A stretch of DNA of 59,472 nt, counting the filler, from Sphacelaria rigidula (Eukaryota): NCBI GenBank assembly GCA_964200075.2. It is 8 parts of 8 records of this genome, joined end to end, with 100 filler letters (N's around TTAATTAATTAA, not from the genome) between each part and the next. Parts side by side here need not be neighbours in the genome. Positions count along the whole stretch, not along the records: positions 1 to 7,347 come from CAXNAA020015319.1; positions 7,448 to 14,794 come from CAXNAA020015320.1; 6 more parts are not named here. One strand, 5' to 3'. The first letter of the stretch is position 1; each line of letters starts with the position of its first letter. This document shows positions 1 through 13,200 of the stretch, piece by piece. Made by a program: the position numbers and the translations under genes. The notes under the pieces were generated by a model, which was not told the origin of the DNA, searched no databases, and worked only from the letters and a program-made list of their open reading frames with translations.

Positions 1-810
1 GTTCATCAGGATGCATCTTTTGATCCTTGTGTCTAGGTGCGGGTCTCTGAGGATCACGTCCAACCTGCCTATCTGTGCCTTACCCTTTTCTATTACTTTG
101 CTTATGTGTGCATCCCAAGAACAGTTTTTTTAGATCTTTACGTCAAGGTATGTATACTGGTCTACGATCGGCAATTCCTCGTCTCCCCACTTCCACTTGA
201 ACTCTCCCGGATTTTTCTTATTCCCGTGACAAACGAGTACTGCGCATTTGTTGACGTTCGCTGTCACTCTCCACTTCCCAGTGTATCCTAGCGCCTTGTT
301 CATCTGTGTCTGTAATCCTTCTGGTGTTTCTGAAATCCCCACAAAATCATACGCGAACATCAATCCTGATACCATATCTTCACCCACCTTGGCCCCTTGC
401 TTTGCTGTTTCTATTGCTATTATCAAGTCATTGGTGAATACCTTGAATGAAGTGGGTGACAACGTACATCCTTGTGCAACTCCTTGTAAAATATCGGAAT
501 ATTCCGATATTTCCCCGTCTAGCATCATGACACTTTTGGCACAGTCTGTCATCTTCTTTACCATTCTCCACATCTTTCCTCTGATCCCTGCTTCCCACAA
601 CTTTTTCCATAACCCATTTCTCCACACTGTGTCATAAGCCTTTTGCACGTCCATCAAAAAACAGTACGTTGCCCGCCCGGTGTCTTTCCTACGCTGAATA
701 ATCTTACTTAGTGTGTACACATGGATGGTCTACGCAACTACGGTTTGGTCTAAATCCTGCTTGTGCCTCGTTGATTTTGTCTTCCTTTTCTAGCATCGCT
801 CCTGCTCCAT
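1..810 (-). mobile_element. Non-LTR retrotransposon (LINE) reverse transcriptase fragment, degenerate
   Basis: QAGFRPNRSCVDH, DVQKAYDTVWRNGLW, GVAQGCTLSP and FAYD (mutated FADD) motifs in ORFs 704..1066 and 130..720; frameshift near 720; runs off the block edge. Confidence 0.92.
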
Positions 811-1201
811 CGTTCAGAATCTTACAGTGCGACAAAAAAAGAAACAAATAAAGAAATAAAGAAAGGGCAGGTACCACACCACACCGCACAAAATCGCGCG
901 TGAAATCCTCCTGCTTGCGTACATTGTCACCTGAGTATGATGGAACCCCCGATGGTCCTACATATAGAGAGGACATCGAAAACTGTTCTGCTTGACTGTT
1001 ATCGTGGGTGACCCCACAACAGCCCCACCAGCACTTGGCATATCCCCAGTCAAACAACTGAATCAAACGAACACGTTACCGACGTCAGCTTATTTTCGTG
1101 ACCTTTGAAGTGGTGGGCTCGCCTCAGATTCGCACCACACAAAACAAGCACCCTGCTCGCCGCATTATGATTTGACCCTCAAATTGCAGCGCGACTGCGC
1201 G

Positions 1202-3906
1202 ATGACGACGTCGGCGGGTGTCCCGGAGAAACCTCTTCTTGCATGGCGGCGCAAATATTTCAGAGGGATCAACGCGCACTCAGCCGTAAGCTGCCTGTAC
1301 TTCGTGCTTATCCTAGTGCTAGGGAAGGATCAGATTCGCTGGTCGGTGGTCGTAGCGGGAGTGGTGCTGAGTCTAACGATGACCAACGGATTCTTCACAG
1401 CGGCGCTAATGCTCTATGTGTGAGTATTACTTGAGTAGACCCTGTAATAGAATACCACTCGACATCTTTCGGCGCTTGGCGTGACGTAACATATGCGGGG
1501 CTTCGATCTGCAAACATGCGTGCCCCGGTTTTCAACGTACTGTCACCCGAGTGTTCGTTGGTCGAGATTATTTCACTCACGTGCTGCAAGTACTGTATTT
1601 TGACGTCTTCGTATAACGTCTCCGGCCTACTTGTGTAAAAATCCCTTTAAGACGGCCATTTCACCGCAGGGTGTCTGCTTTTGTGAACAGGGGACGTGAA
1701 TTGGTTACGAAAGTTACCTCGAAAGAGCCATCGGAAGAAGCGATATTATTTATTCGGAAACGACCTTACCGTGATGATTGTTCGACTTGAGAGCGCACGT
1801 GCGTCGGATCGCTCATCGTTGAAACGTGGAGATTTCGCACAAATCTTTATATTTCGGGTGCGATCTTCCTTCCGTCTGTATCTTTGGAGCTGTGCAAATA
1901 CCTCGAAAACAACCGTTTCCTGCTGGAAAGGTCAGACCAACTCGTGCGACGATCGCAGGTGCTTGCACCGATTCTGGGATTGCATGCGCTGTTCTATCAA
2001 AGAGATACTTATATCTTAATTACTGGCGTGTGAGGCCTGGATCATGACGAACGTCTCACCCTGCCTCAGTTCAAATATGACTCGTTGCTTTGCCGATATG
2101 GGTGGCCGTCATTATATTATGAAAGTTCTCGAGAACATCGTAGCCACTCTAGGGTAGTGTCTCCGGTGATAATAGTCAGGCTTCATAGTGTTTCCCATAC
2201 GTACTAACTCCGATCCTGTCAAGTCGAAGCACGCTGCGAACAGTAGAGATAGAGTTTCGGCCAACTCCCGTTACGACGCACTGAAAAAAAACATGTCGGT
2301 TGCTGCTGCATCCCAGGAGCGGCCAGTGATTGGTACAGCTTTCGTAACTCGCGTGACACGCACTTTGCTCGGTTGCTTGATTGTTGCAGATGAACTTGAC
2401 TTCCGCTGTAATCGCAAGGTAGGTGTACCCAAGAAAGCTAAGTGACGCAATCATGAACGGGAACTTGACAGAAAGGGAAATATTAACAAAACAAAAAAAG
2501 AGAGACGAGTACACTGAACGAATGTAGACGCCAAGCAAAGCAGTAGTCCCGGTCCCGACACACCGTAACAAGCCCCTACCAGGGCTTCAGGCAAAGAGGC
2601 CACACAATACGCAAGACCGCTTGCTGGAGCCCGAACGTTTCGGGATGAACTTGCAGCCAGTCGCCAAGGCTGGAGACACACTCACTACTACCGCAGGATC
2701 AGAAAAACAAATGGAGAAGGGTGAAGCAAGCAGAAGACGCATTGTCGCACGTGTAGAGCACGGGTACTGCTTCTCTTCGCCACCGATACTTCGACGATAC
2801 TGATCAGGGTGTCCTTGTACAGCAACGGCCTTAGAATGGTGGTCACCAAGCTTTTTCTCCAGCAGACAGTACAAAATAGTTGCCTACATGATGCGGGGTA
2901 TCACGTTCCCTTCAACAACGCGGTCAACTTCTCTTGCCCAGTCCAAGTCTTGTAGCATGAGCTACACCGACCCTTCACCGCGGATAGTGGAGATCGGACA
3001 CCAGTGCCTGTATACACATGGGTGACTTGTCCTCGCCCGTTCCAGATCACTGATACTCCACAACATGCATTTTCCATGTTCGTGATTCCATCTTTGCTCT
3101 TGTTGTCTTTCCGAACCCCCGTGGTGACCAGCAACGACCTCCGATTAATCAAGCAAAGCCCCTTCGTAAGCTGGATCTATACTGTCTTGTCGAAGCCGGG
3201 CGCCGTGTACATCATTCTCGTCGTAATGCAGCTGGGTGGAGTTGCTATGGCCGTGTTGGCAGCGATGGATCTGGCGGAGCTGGGTTACCACGTGGCCATG
3301 ACATACTTTGCCGTAGAGTGTACCTTGATGGTGACTGTTATTAACGCATGTGGATTGTCGCTGGTCCGAACTATCGACAGTTCCCTAGCGAACCGTCCGA
3401 GCTCTGCCGCAGAGACGAAAGGAGGTCGGCGCATCATGACCGCTAGGGACGTACAAGACGCGCGGCTCGCCACGGTTAGACAACACATCAAATATATGGT
3501 GGTCTTTCTTTTTGTGATGACTCCAACGGTCATTTTACTCCTGCTGCTGGGTACCGCCACCGCGTACGGACGCGGATCCCCCCTTTTGTTCTTCGGGATG
3601 CCGATAGGCCTAGTACCGACGATTTGGTTTGAAATTAATCTTCTGCTGCACTCCCCCAAAAAATCCGCTCCATCGCGGCTCGTGGCCCTGATGAAATTGG
3701 GCTGGAGCAGCTTCAGGTTGGCGGCACATCAATCTCGTGGTGCGTCGGGGTATTTTTCACCCGACACCGCTCTCGGTGACACGAAGAGACTTTCCTCCAG
3801 CGAGTCGGAAGGGCAATACGGGAAACGTGGTGTGGTTGTACCGACCGAAAACGGGCCGGTGTGTGCGGCCGTGCGTTCCGGAGACGCGGCCCGGTTGAAC
3901 ACATGA
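1202..3906 (+). CDS. Putative 7-transmembrane (GPCR-like) protein; exons 1202-1417 and 3046-3906, ~358 aa (an upstream exon is possible)
   Basis: TAT|gtgtga donor and ttccag|ATC acceptor join in phase 0 (LMLY|ITDTPQ). Seven hydrophobic segments, a long basic loop between helices 5 and 6, and a Ser-rich tail. An alternative donor at 1420 would need an extra exon. Confidence 0.65.
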
Positions 3907-6141
3907 GAAGGATGCCTAATTTGACGAACGTGGACGGGATCAGTACGAGGAGTCGAATATATATTTATTCGGTCCGTTCTCAATGCGTGTTCGGCAAGAC
4001 GGTGATAGACGTGGTCAAAATCACACGGGTGTCAGACGAATTGCCCACTGAGGCAACGAGATGACAGTCATTGCGTGGCGTGAGATTGGCACGTCATGCC
4101 GAGGACGGCGGGAACGCAGCAAGGGAGGGAAGGGGTAAAGGGGAATGATAACAAGCATAGTCAATGTTATATTCTCGCACGTGACTTACTCAAATATTTC
4201 TTTGTGGCGTCAAGTTATGTTCGACATATGGTTATCAGGACGATATTTGTCCTCGCATGACTCCCAGATCGTGGGGGGATAGTAGGCGGCATCTCTGTTT
4301 CACTTCTTCTCCTTGCTGTCGCAGCTCTTGAAAAGAAATTCGCTGTTCAGGGCAACACCGATGGCGCCCGTAGATTAAGATTAAGATGCCTGCACAGCCT
4401 TGCACTATTTTACAACGCCCGCTTCGAATTTCAGATGAGGCCCTGTCTGCGAGCCGTGTAGACACGAACCAGATCTCCTGAGCCATGGGTAAACGTCTCA
4501 TGATCACTGCTAGACTCCTCTTGAAATGTTTTGGTCTCGTTGCCTGCATTTGGCGTTGCTTTAAGCGAAGCAGCCGAAGGGTGGCAGTTCTTCGAGTACA
4601 TCTGAAGAAAATATCCTGTGGGGTGAATCCTAACAGACTACGAAATGGGTGTCTGTCATCACTACTCTCTATAATAGCTTTGCAGACATTTCTTCCTCGT
4701 GACTCCGACACTGTGCGGTAGTGTAGTGACCCTTCAAAATACCCGTAGTAACTGTGTTACTGGCCTTGCTAAAACTGACGGTACTGTATATCGCTACTAT
4801 TTTTGTAATCTAGGGGGTATTCCCCGTAGAAAATTGGGGTATCTCGCCAGGCCCTACCCATAACGATTAAGTGTTCCCATATATCCTAGCCTGGGGGTGT
4901 ATCTAGCCCTGCGCTTGCGACGATCCCTATTTGTACACTACTTTGGCCATTACACATGATATCTGGAGGGTGTCCTCCTTCCAGCTTTATCCCCGTGGTG
5001 TTTCCTTTACACTGTGAGATGCCTCCATCTATTGGTAGATGATGACGAACGTCGCGGATTTTGAGACTGAATGCTGTACGCGTGACCCCCATTGCATCCA
5101 GGAATGTACAGTACCACCATTAGACTACTTGCGATCGGTTATCAAACCGGCGGTTATTTGACGCAGGCCAGCCTATCATATCGTGAGATATTGTTGGTTG
5201 TGCGCTGATTAAAATCATTTCCATCTTTTGCGCATTGCTAGGAAAGCACGGTACAGACATCACAGTAGTTTAACACCGTAATAGGAAAGGCAATGAGTAA
5301 GGGTGAGAGGCCCGCATTAAGGCGGACTCGAATCAAGACGTCACATTTGAATGGGTTCTCTGATGTTGGCAGTTGCACACTTCCCCGAGGGGTTGCGCGT
5401 TACGGGGGGGTGCGTAATTTTTGGGCAAGAACGTATCAATACCTACTACTTGTTCTATTGGATTGTTGAGCGGGCTAACGGACGGATACAAGGAGACGGA
5501 GCCCCAGCAGTAGGGGAGTGAGCAGCAGGGTCTTTGCTCGATGTTTTACGGTCGATTGAGCGGACACATCCGTGGGAAACGCGCTGCATCTAGTGATCAC
5601 CAAGCGGGTCTGACACACCGTACTTACCACGAAGGAAGCTTCCGCAGGGACGGCGTTTGTGGGTCGTAAGCAGCCGAGAGCCGGGCGTATGGTCTGGTGT
5701 CACTATGCAGCACGAACCCTCCGCGCAGGGCGTCGCGCTGCAGCAGATGCGGAAGAGGGATGCTGGTGCTTGAGTCGCGTCCAAGTACGCCAGCGTGGTA
5801 CGAGCAAGTGCGGTGCTTTGATTTTATGGGGTTTCCTCTTCTTTTGTTGCTCCCGGCATGTGATATGTGTGATGCGGACGCCCTCTGTGTTCTGTTGGAT
5901 GTTATGTTAAGTAAGCGTCGTCATGTTGGATGTTATGTCGAGAAAATATTAATCTACTCTTGAGACCACGGGGAACAAAACCAGCCTCTTCTTCACCACA
6001 ACAGGGAGGAATGCGGCCTACGGTAACGGAAGGGGTTCGTGCTCGGTGTGGGCAGAGCGGGGAATGGCCCCAGAGAGCAACAATTATGTAGCGATTTAGC
6101 CCAGTCCACTGCTACAGCATGACGCCCAAAAATATGGTTCC

Positions 6142-6411
6142 TAAGGCCCATCATTATTGGCACTGTATTTTCGGCGACCTCCGAATCTTCAGACATGTCG
6201 GCCTCTGCGTTCGGGCTTCTCTGATAAATAAGCGGCTTGATTTTTTTCGAACCTCCATTTTCGGACAAGTCTGAAAAGTTAGGACTGTAACCCAGCACTT
6301 CGGGGAGCTACCCTGTGTGTACGCCGTGGCGCTCACAAGCTGTCGACAGTCATCAGCGTCCGAAATGTTCGGTGCTCGCCGACAAAACAGTGTCGATAAT
6401 AATTGGTCTAA
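6142..6411. mobile_element. MITE (~270 bp) with ~30-bp imperfect TIRs; same family as 58526-58829
   Basis: taaggcccatcattattggcactgtattttcgg ... ccgacaaaacagtgtcgataataattggtctaa. The internal sequence (cttcggggagctaccctgtgtgtac) recurs reverse-complemented at ~58620-58650. Confidence 0.75.
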
Positions 6412-7347
6412 AATGTTCCTCCGACACGTTGACTAGGAACCCCAATGCAAGCGCCCCTTCCAGCGCTCTTGATTCCACTCATAGGCTCTCTAGAACCCAG
6501 GAGTTCTGTTCAAGACAGGAATTCTCTAAACCCGGATTACTGTTTGAAGAAAATACCTGTCTAGACGCTTTGACCGCGAGCGTCGCCTCGGAAATGTTTC
6601 ACCGGTTGACAGCCCCGGGATATCCTGGGGTTTCCAGGGGGCGGGGGAGCTGGGTTTTGACAAGGGGTGGAGGCCTGCTTGCAGAACAGCTGAAAGGCCA
6701 AGAACGTTAGCCATAAACACTTTCAGAGAGGGGCAAGGCCCTAGAGGGATCGAATGACGATTTTGAGAGCTTTGATTGGTCAAAATGGTCATCTGACGTG
6801 GACTGAGATGGATGACTCCGCGGTCTAGCTATTTTTTCCATTTTGCCGTGACCATTCAACCGCAGATAAAATGAGCAAGAACGTGTTGTTGCTACAAATA
6901 CTGCTCATTGTTTTTGCTGCCTGCCTGACGTCTCTTGTATTGCCAGCATATATTCACAGTGCCTGTAGTGCTGTTGTTGAATGGTAGGCAGAGACAACAG
7001 CGTGCGGTAGACTGTGTTCAGTGAAAAGTGATGACACGCTGACTGCTTCTTGTCGCAGTATCCAGCGAAGACAGACACCATACATGATACGTACTGACTC
7101 TGCGCGCACACGACGGCAGGGTGAAAACCGGTCACGGGTTTCCATATCTATGGCCAATATCCACATGTTCACGAAGAAATGCGTCTTATGTAGGAACACA
7201 GCACCTGTTCTAAACCTCAATGGTGGCATAGTCCATCTGAGTCCATCTGCATGAGGGGGGGGGGGGGAGGAACCATAAACAAAAATTACCATATACTCAG
7301 ACACTTGGCACCGCATCTCTCAAAAAGAGAAAACCGAAAAAACGCAG

Positions 7348-7447
7348 NNNNNNNNNNNNNNNNNNNNNNNNNNNNNNNNNNNNNNNNNNNNTTAATTAAT
7401 TAANNNNNNNNNNNNNNNNNNNNNNNNNNNNNNNNNNNNNNNNNNNN
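7348..7447. other. Artificial 100-nt linker (N44-TTAATTAATTAA-N44); also at 14795, 22242, 29689, 37135, 44581 and 52027
   Basis: Identical linker with stops in all frames, recurring every 7446-7447 bp. Confidence 0.97.
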
Positions 7448-7949
7448 AACGATTTCCCGCCCCCACTTGATTCAGTAAGTCTTGGTGTATGTGAGAGGTG
7501 TGTTTTCGGTATGTGTGTTTGTGTGTGTGAGTGGGAAAATATGGGTGAATTAATTACATAAATGATACCTGGTCTCAACTGGCCACGGCAGGCCTACAAC
7601 TTCCCGCGACAACGCACCCGGTGCATAAGGCTTCCTATTATGCTCACCCCGTTGGCATCTTTCCCCCGGCCTGTAGCACTTCGCCAACTTCTACACGCTC
7701 GCCGGTCATTGGCGGGATGATCGGTGTTTTCACCTGTGGCGGTACTTCAATCGGCGATGGCTGCGGGCGTATTCGGAGCGGTAGGCTGGGAAGTGAATGA
7801 CAGGGGTGTTGTGTACGCAACGTCGGGGGGGGTAAATAAGCGTACTGACGGTCTGCGATTACGAGTCGAACGACGGACAGGTTGGTGTTCGGTGAACTGC
7901 GCACTCTACGAAGGAAAGTGACCGCAGCGTAGCGAGATCGGCTGTATTG

Positions 7950-10250
7950 TTGGGGCTCGGCGGTGAGTGCATAGTTGCGTCTGTGCCCACTGACGTACCC
8001 GCCCCTTCTTGCGGCAGTTCCGACAGCCGTTGTGCCGCGAGCTGTGGTCCTCGTGGGCCTACGAATTATTCCGGCGAATCCGACGTGGAATCGTCTGGAA
8101 ATGAGTCATCAATGTCGGGCTGTGGCTCACTCGCGTGTGAGAGGCGGGACCACGCATCCGGCAGCACATGTTGAGACCCTTCTTGCCACTGGAGGTCGAT
8201 GCCATACTACATCAGCCGCAGGGCCCATCTGTGTAGCTTGGGGCAGAGATCACGGCCACGAAACAACCGTATGAGTGCCGAACAGTCAGTGATCAACGTG
8301 AACCTTCTACCGGCTAAGTATGGCCTAAAGTGTTGGAAACCTCACAAGACGGCCATGCACTCTCGTGCTGTGGGTGCTCTGCGCGAGTCGTTACGAGATA
8401 ATCGGTTGCTGCCAAATGATATGATACGTGTTTCGCGCCCCACTGGCTGCAGTAGCATCGCCCTAGCACCCACCTCGCTTGCATCCGCTGCAGTACAAAC
8501 GAGTCGCTGGGATCGGGAAAGGCTAGTACCGCGGAGAGGACAAGGTGGCATTGATAGCTTGGAACGCCTCCTCCTGTTCAGAATTCCATGGTATGGACAG
8601 CTTTCGTGCCCGCTTGGATGTGAAATCTTTGTTGCGGAGCAGGTCGGTGAGTGGGGCAGCTACTAGGCTCTATTTCTCAACGAACTAGCGCAAGTACCCG
8701 GTAGGGCCGAGGGAAGCACGCAATTCCTCGACCGTGGATGGTCTAGGCATCTCGACGGTGGCGGCGAGCTTGGATGGCGCGGGTTGAAGGCCACTGCTAT
8801 CTACCAACATGCCCCAAACACTCCTGCGAAGCTGATGATAAAAATGCACTTGGCGAAGGTCACCGAGAATACTGCGACTAGCAAGCGCTGCAACACGATC
8901 ACGAGTAGAGCTAGATGCTCGTCCCATGATGTGGTCGCGATAAGGATATCGTCGAGCCAGCTAAAAACCCCATTCAAGTGTCCCACCGTACATTTTACCC
9001 TACGGGTGAAGGCGGCGGGTAGAACCGTTCAACCAAAGCCTGCCCCTGTGGACTCGTCTAAGAGGCCGTCTGCATTTCGGAACGCCGTTTTGAAGCGATA
9101 TTTCTCAGCGATCTCAATTTGGTGGAAGCCGGAGGCAAGATCGAGTTGTGTGAAGTAACGCTTGCCTTTGAGACCGTCGAAAATGGATTGCATATTCCTG
9201 AGACCCCCGCTGTCTGACGCTAAGGTTTTTTTCAGTTCACGCCAATCAATGCACAAGCGCAAGGTGCCATCTTCTCTTCATGCATAGCCATAGCAGGGCT
9301 GCCCACGGGAAGGTCGAGGGTCGGATGATCCCTCTATCGAAAAGCTCGTATACCTCCTCGAATCATGTGACGTTCCTCCGGGGAAAATTGGCGTTGCTTT
9401 GCTGCGAATGGCGTGCATGACTCATCAGTGAGGGGGAGGAATAGCTTACCGTTGATGCAGGCCGGAATCCGCTTGGGGTCCGTGGGAAACAGTCCTGCTT
9501 TGATTAAGCTCAGTAGCGTGTTCATCAGCTCCCTCCTCTCCACTCCACCTCGCTGGCTGATATTTGCGTCCGCCACTCTGACCTTGGGGGTTTGTTGGGC
9601 CGGGCAACTACTGTCAGGACGCGGGGCGCGGGGAGGGGGATCAAAGGGGCGGTCCACCGAAGATGGATGTGGGCCAAACAGTGAGTGAATCCTGGCGGGG
9701 TCACGTACGTTCAGTGCTATCATACGCGCGACCGAGCCAGGAGGTTTACTGTTATCTGTTCCTGGCTTCTATATAAATCTTTACTGTGCACCGGCGACCC
9801 CGGCTACCACCACGATACTCCCTTAGCGATCCCCACTGCTTCCCCTTCGTCCAGATCAAAGTTTGCCTGAGGGAGAACAAGCACTAGCTGCCTATTTTGT
9901 GGTGGAGGCCCGATCACGGCTGTTTCTACCGAGACGCTGACGAAGCCGCCGAGTGTGATCGTTTGTCCGACCAAGCGTAGCTTCCACTCCAGGGTGCTGT
10001 CGCCTTTCCAGGCAACGTCGCGGTGACTGGGATAGTAGTAGATGAATGGAAGGGTTGCGTAGCTAGGGGAGAAGGGGTCTCAGTCGTGGTGTTCAGAGCT
10101 ACTAATATATCTTGGATGTGGTGGGGGGGCTTTCGTTCGTCAGTAACGGGATCCACGGCGCCGCTGGCGAGTACACCTCCCTCGAGCGAAAACTCTGGAC
10201 CTCATGCCCTCCAAAATGCGATAACTTCGAGCTCGATGACTTTATCAGGC
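7950..10250 (-). mobile_element. Degenerate Ty3/gypsy-type pol fragment (RT-RNase H), family A
   Basis: RLCIDWREL, YFTQLDLASGFHQIEI, KTAF and WLDDILIAT motifs; RNase H end (KLHRWALRL...PDAWSRL) near 8150-8250; many frameshifts; boundaries approximate. Confidence 0.85.
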
Positions 10251-10299
10251 ATCACAGAAGAATCCAAATAAGATATTTCTGATGTTTCTACCTCTTCCA

Positions 10300-13200
10300 T
10301 GGACGACCCCCTAGCATCGAATAGCATGGATTCACTTTAGGCGTCGATCTCTGTCTTCCCAAGACGGTCATCTATGAAATTGCTAATTACCAGTCGAGCT
10401 GTGCTAACCCTAGGGATCACATACCATCCACCATACTTCTGGTGAGAAATCTGACCCAGATCACCCGCCGTCCGTTTTGGCCGTCAGTATTGCTGGCCCC
10501 GATCAGTTTACCTTTGCTGAATATGGTCCGGATCTTGTCGGAGGTAAAGCGCCTGTTGATCCTGCCACTTTTACGACTCGCATAGCGATCCATCGTGACC
10601 CTTCCGCCACCACGCTTGCCAAATGTATCTCCTTGTTAGATAGTGGCAGCCCACAAGCATTTATCCGTGAATCAATGTGGGAACACTTGAAACAGATGGG
10701 GCTGGTTCAACAGCTTGTGAAATCACCGACCAGCCTCGTGTACGGAGTGATTTGGTAACTCGACCGCACCTTTGGCCACACGAAAATCACTATGTCTCAG
10801 AGTGCGATTATTTTATAACACAACTCGTTCTGCCAGCCTTGCAGTCTGGGCATATGTCGTCCCCGACAGCACCGTGACCCACGCCTTGCTACTGAGCAGA
10901 GATAGTTACATGCGGTTTGATCAACACACCTACCGCACACTACCACCACTATCACCACAGTCTGCGCCTCGTGCAGGATGAAACCTTGAACGCTTCGGTA
11001 CTCTTCACTGCGCCTTGACCTGTCAAAAACATTAACAAGCTGCCGGAGCTGGTTACCACCTACGATACGATGGTAGTACTGGTGTTACCCTCTCCGATGA
11101 TTCTCAACTGCTAGAAGTTGTTCTCGTTCGCTCTGAAATGGGATGCCTGCCCTTACGGGACATTACTTTGCCGAGATGCTTCCTCGGGTTGGTGTGCCTG
11201 CCGGTACCGAACATTTTGTCGCAGCAGGGAAACAACTCCTACCCCTCACGGATCATGCTAACTTGGAACCCGGTGATGTTTTAGGCATCGCCCCTGCTCC
11301 CCCAATGCACATCCCACTCGAGACATCACCCGCAGCCATTTGGCTACCCCCAAAATTCCTCCCGAGCAGTCACTTTTCGAGCCTCCCGTGGGTCTAAACG
11401 CCTCAAGAGGAATGAAACGCCTCTAGGTGTAGTTTTTGGTTTCGTCCCCGGGGTTAAACGCCCCCGGAGGCTTGTTTTCGCCTCCAGAGGGCAACGCATC
11501 CCTCCGCAGACATTTTTCTACCCTCAAATTCCTCCGGAGGACTGCGCGGCCCTTCAGAGCGGTAGTTTTTGGTTTCCTCCGGAGGGGTTGAAAGCCTCCA
11601 GAGGCTCGTTTTGCCTCTGGAGGGCCGCTCATCCGTCCGGAGGCATTTTTGGGGTTAGCCGAATGGCCGCGTGTGATGTGTGACTGTACCCTCGGGGCCC
11701 GCACTCCTGCGCCCCAAACAGACTGCTCTGTCATTTGCGTTGATGAGCCTTATTTCGACCTAAACTCTTCGTCTCCATCACACGTTTACACTATGGACCC
11801 TGCTCAGTCAACTTCTGACCCTCCTGATAAGTGCTCCAACGTCCATCACCAAAATCTCGCAAGAGTTTTCTACATTTGTGGCATCAACTCCCACCCCATT
11901 TGCGTGATATCAATCTTGACCTACGTGAACCCGGTTGGGAACCCGCTATAATCAAATAAGTGGGCGATGTTTTATTCGACTACTAAGACCGACTTTCTAG
12001 ATCCAAAACGGATCTACGGCATTGCAAAACGCTGTCCTTTGAAATCACACCTCAACCCGGCGTTTCGCCAATCTCTTCTCGACCGTATCGGACAAACCCC
12101 ATCCTTATTAAAAATGTCAATGTCGTCTGAGGTGCGTACTTAGGTGCCGCTTTAATTCTACTCCTCTTCTCCGTGGGCCTCACCCCTAGTAATGGTCCCC
12201 AAAGAGTATGGAAACATACGCATCACTGTGAATTATCAACGTCTGGATCGCGTTGCTATGGTGGGAAAATTCCGATTCCTCGCATCCATGAAGTCTTCGA
12301 CTCTCTAGGCGAAGGCAAAATATTCAGTACCTTCGATCACGCTTCTGGGTTTTTCCAGAATACCATTCACCCTGACACAGTTCCATTGACAGCGTTCTGT
12401 ACATCTTCCGGGCTCTACGAATAGTTCCGTATGCCACGAGACGCTGCCACTGCATCAGGTTGTTTCCAATGCTTGATGCAACGCGTCACAGACGGCGTCG
12501 AACACGTCATCATGTACTTGAACGATGCTATCGCATTTGATGCCTCCCCGTTTGCGCATATGTGCACCTTACGAGAGTTTGTTTCTCGCCTACGGACGCG
12601 CGATTTGAAACTGTCCCCATCCAAAGCTCGCCTTGGTGCGACCGAACTGGATTTCCTGGGACATTCAATTTCACTGGCGGACCTGCACCCGGATACCAAT
12701 AACGTCAGGGCAATGACTGAGATGCCGATGCCTACGAACATTTTCCGGTTTCGCTCATTGTTGGGTGGACTGTCTTACTGTCGTAAATTCCTACCTAATT
12801 TGTCCAAATGATTCGTTCCACTACAGAATTGCTTCAAAAGGGCGCCATGTTTGCCTTCATCAAAGACATTGAAGCTATCATACGCGATTTGTTGAAAATA
12901 CTTGCCGAAAACCGTTTCTCTGTTTTTCCAGAATGGGATGCGGTACAAGATGGCTCTCGCCTTTTTCAAATGCACACAGACGTCAGCACCGACGACTTTG
13001 GCGCGGTTCTGAATCAACCTCAACATGATGGCTCTGTTCGACCTATCCTTGACATCAGCCGCGCCACCCTGCTAAACGAGGCCAACTGGAGCCCACTGGA
13101 GTTGGAAGGCGGAGTCATCACTTGGGCCATAAAGCGCCTTGGACATTATTTGTTCCACGTGTCTTTCCAAATTTACACGAGTCACAGAGCACTCGCACAA

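Noticed and set aside
4235-4721. 158-aa minus-strand ORF
   Set aside because: Non-ATG start, no motif and no codon bias.
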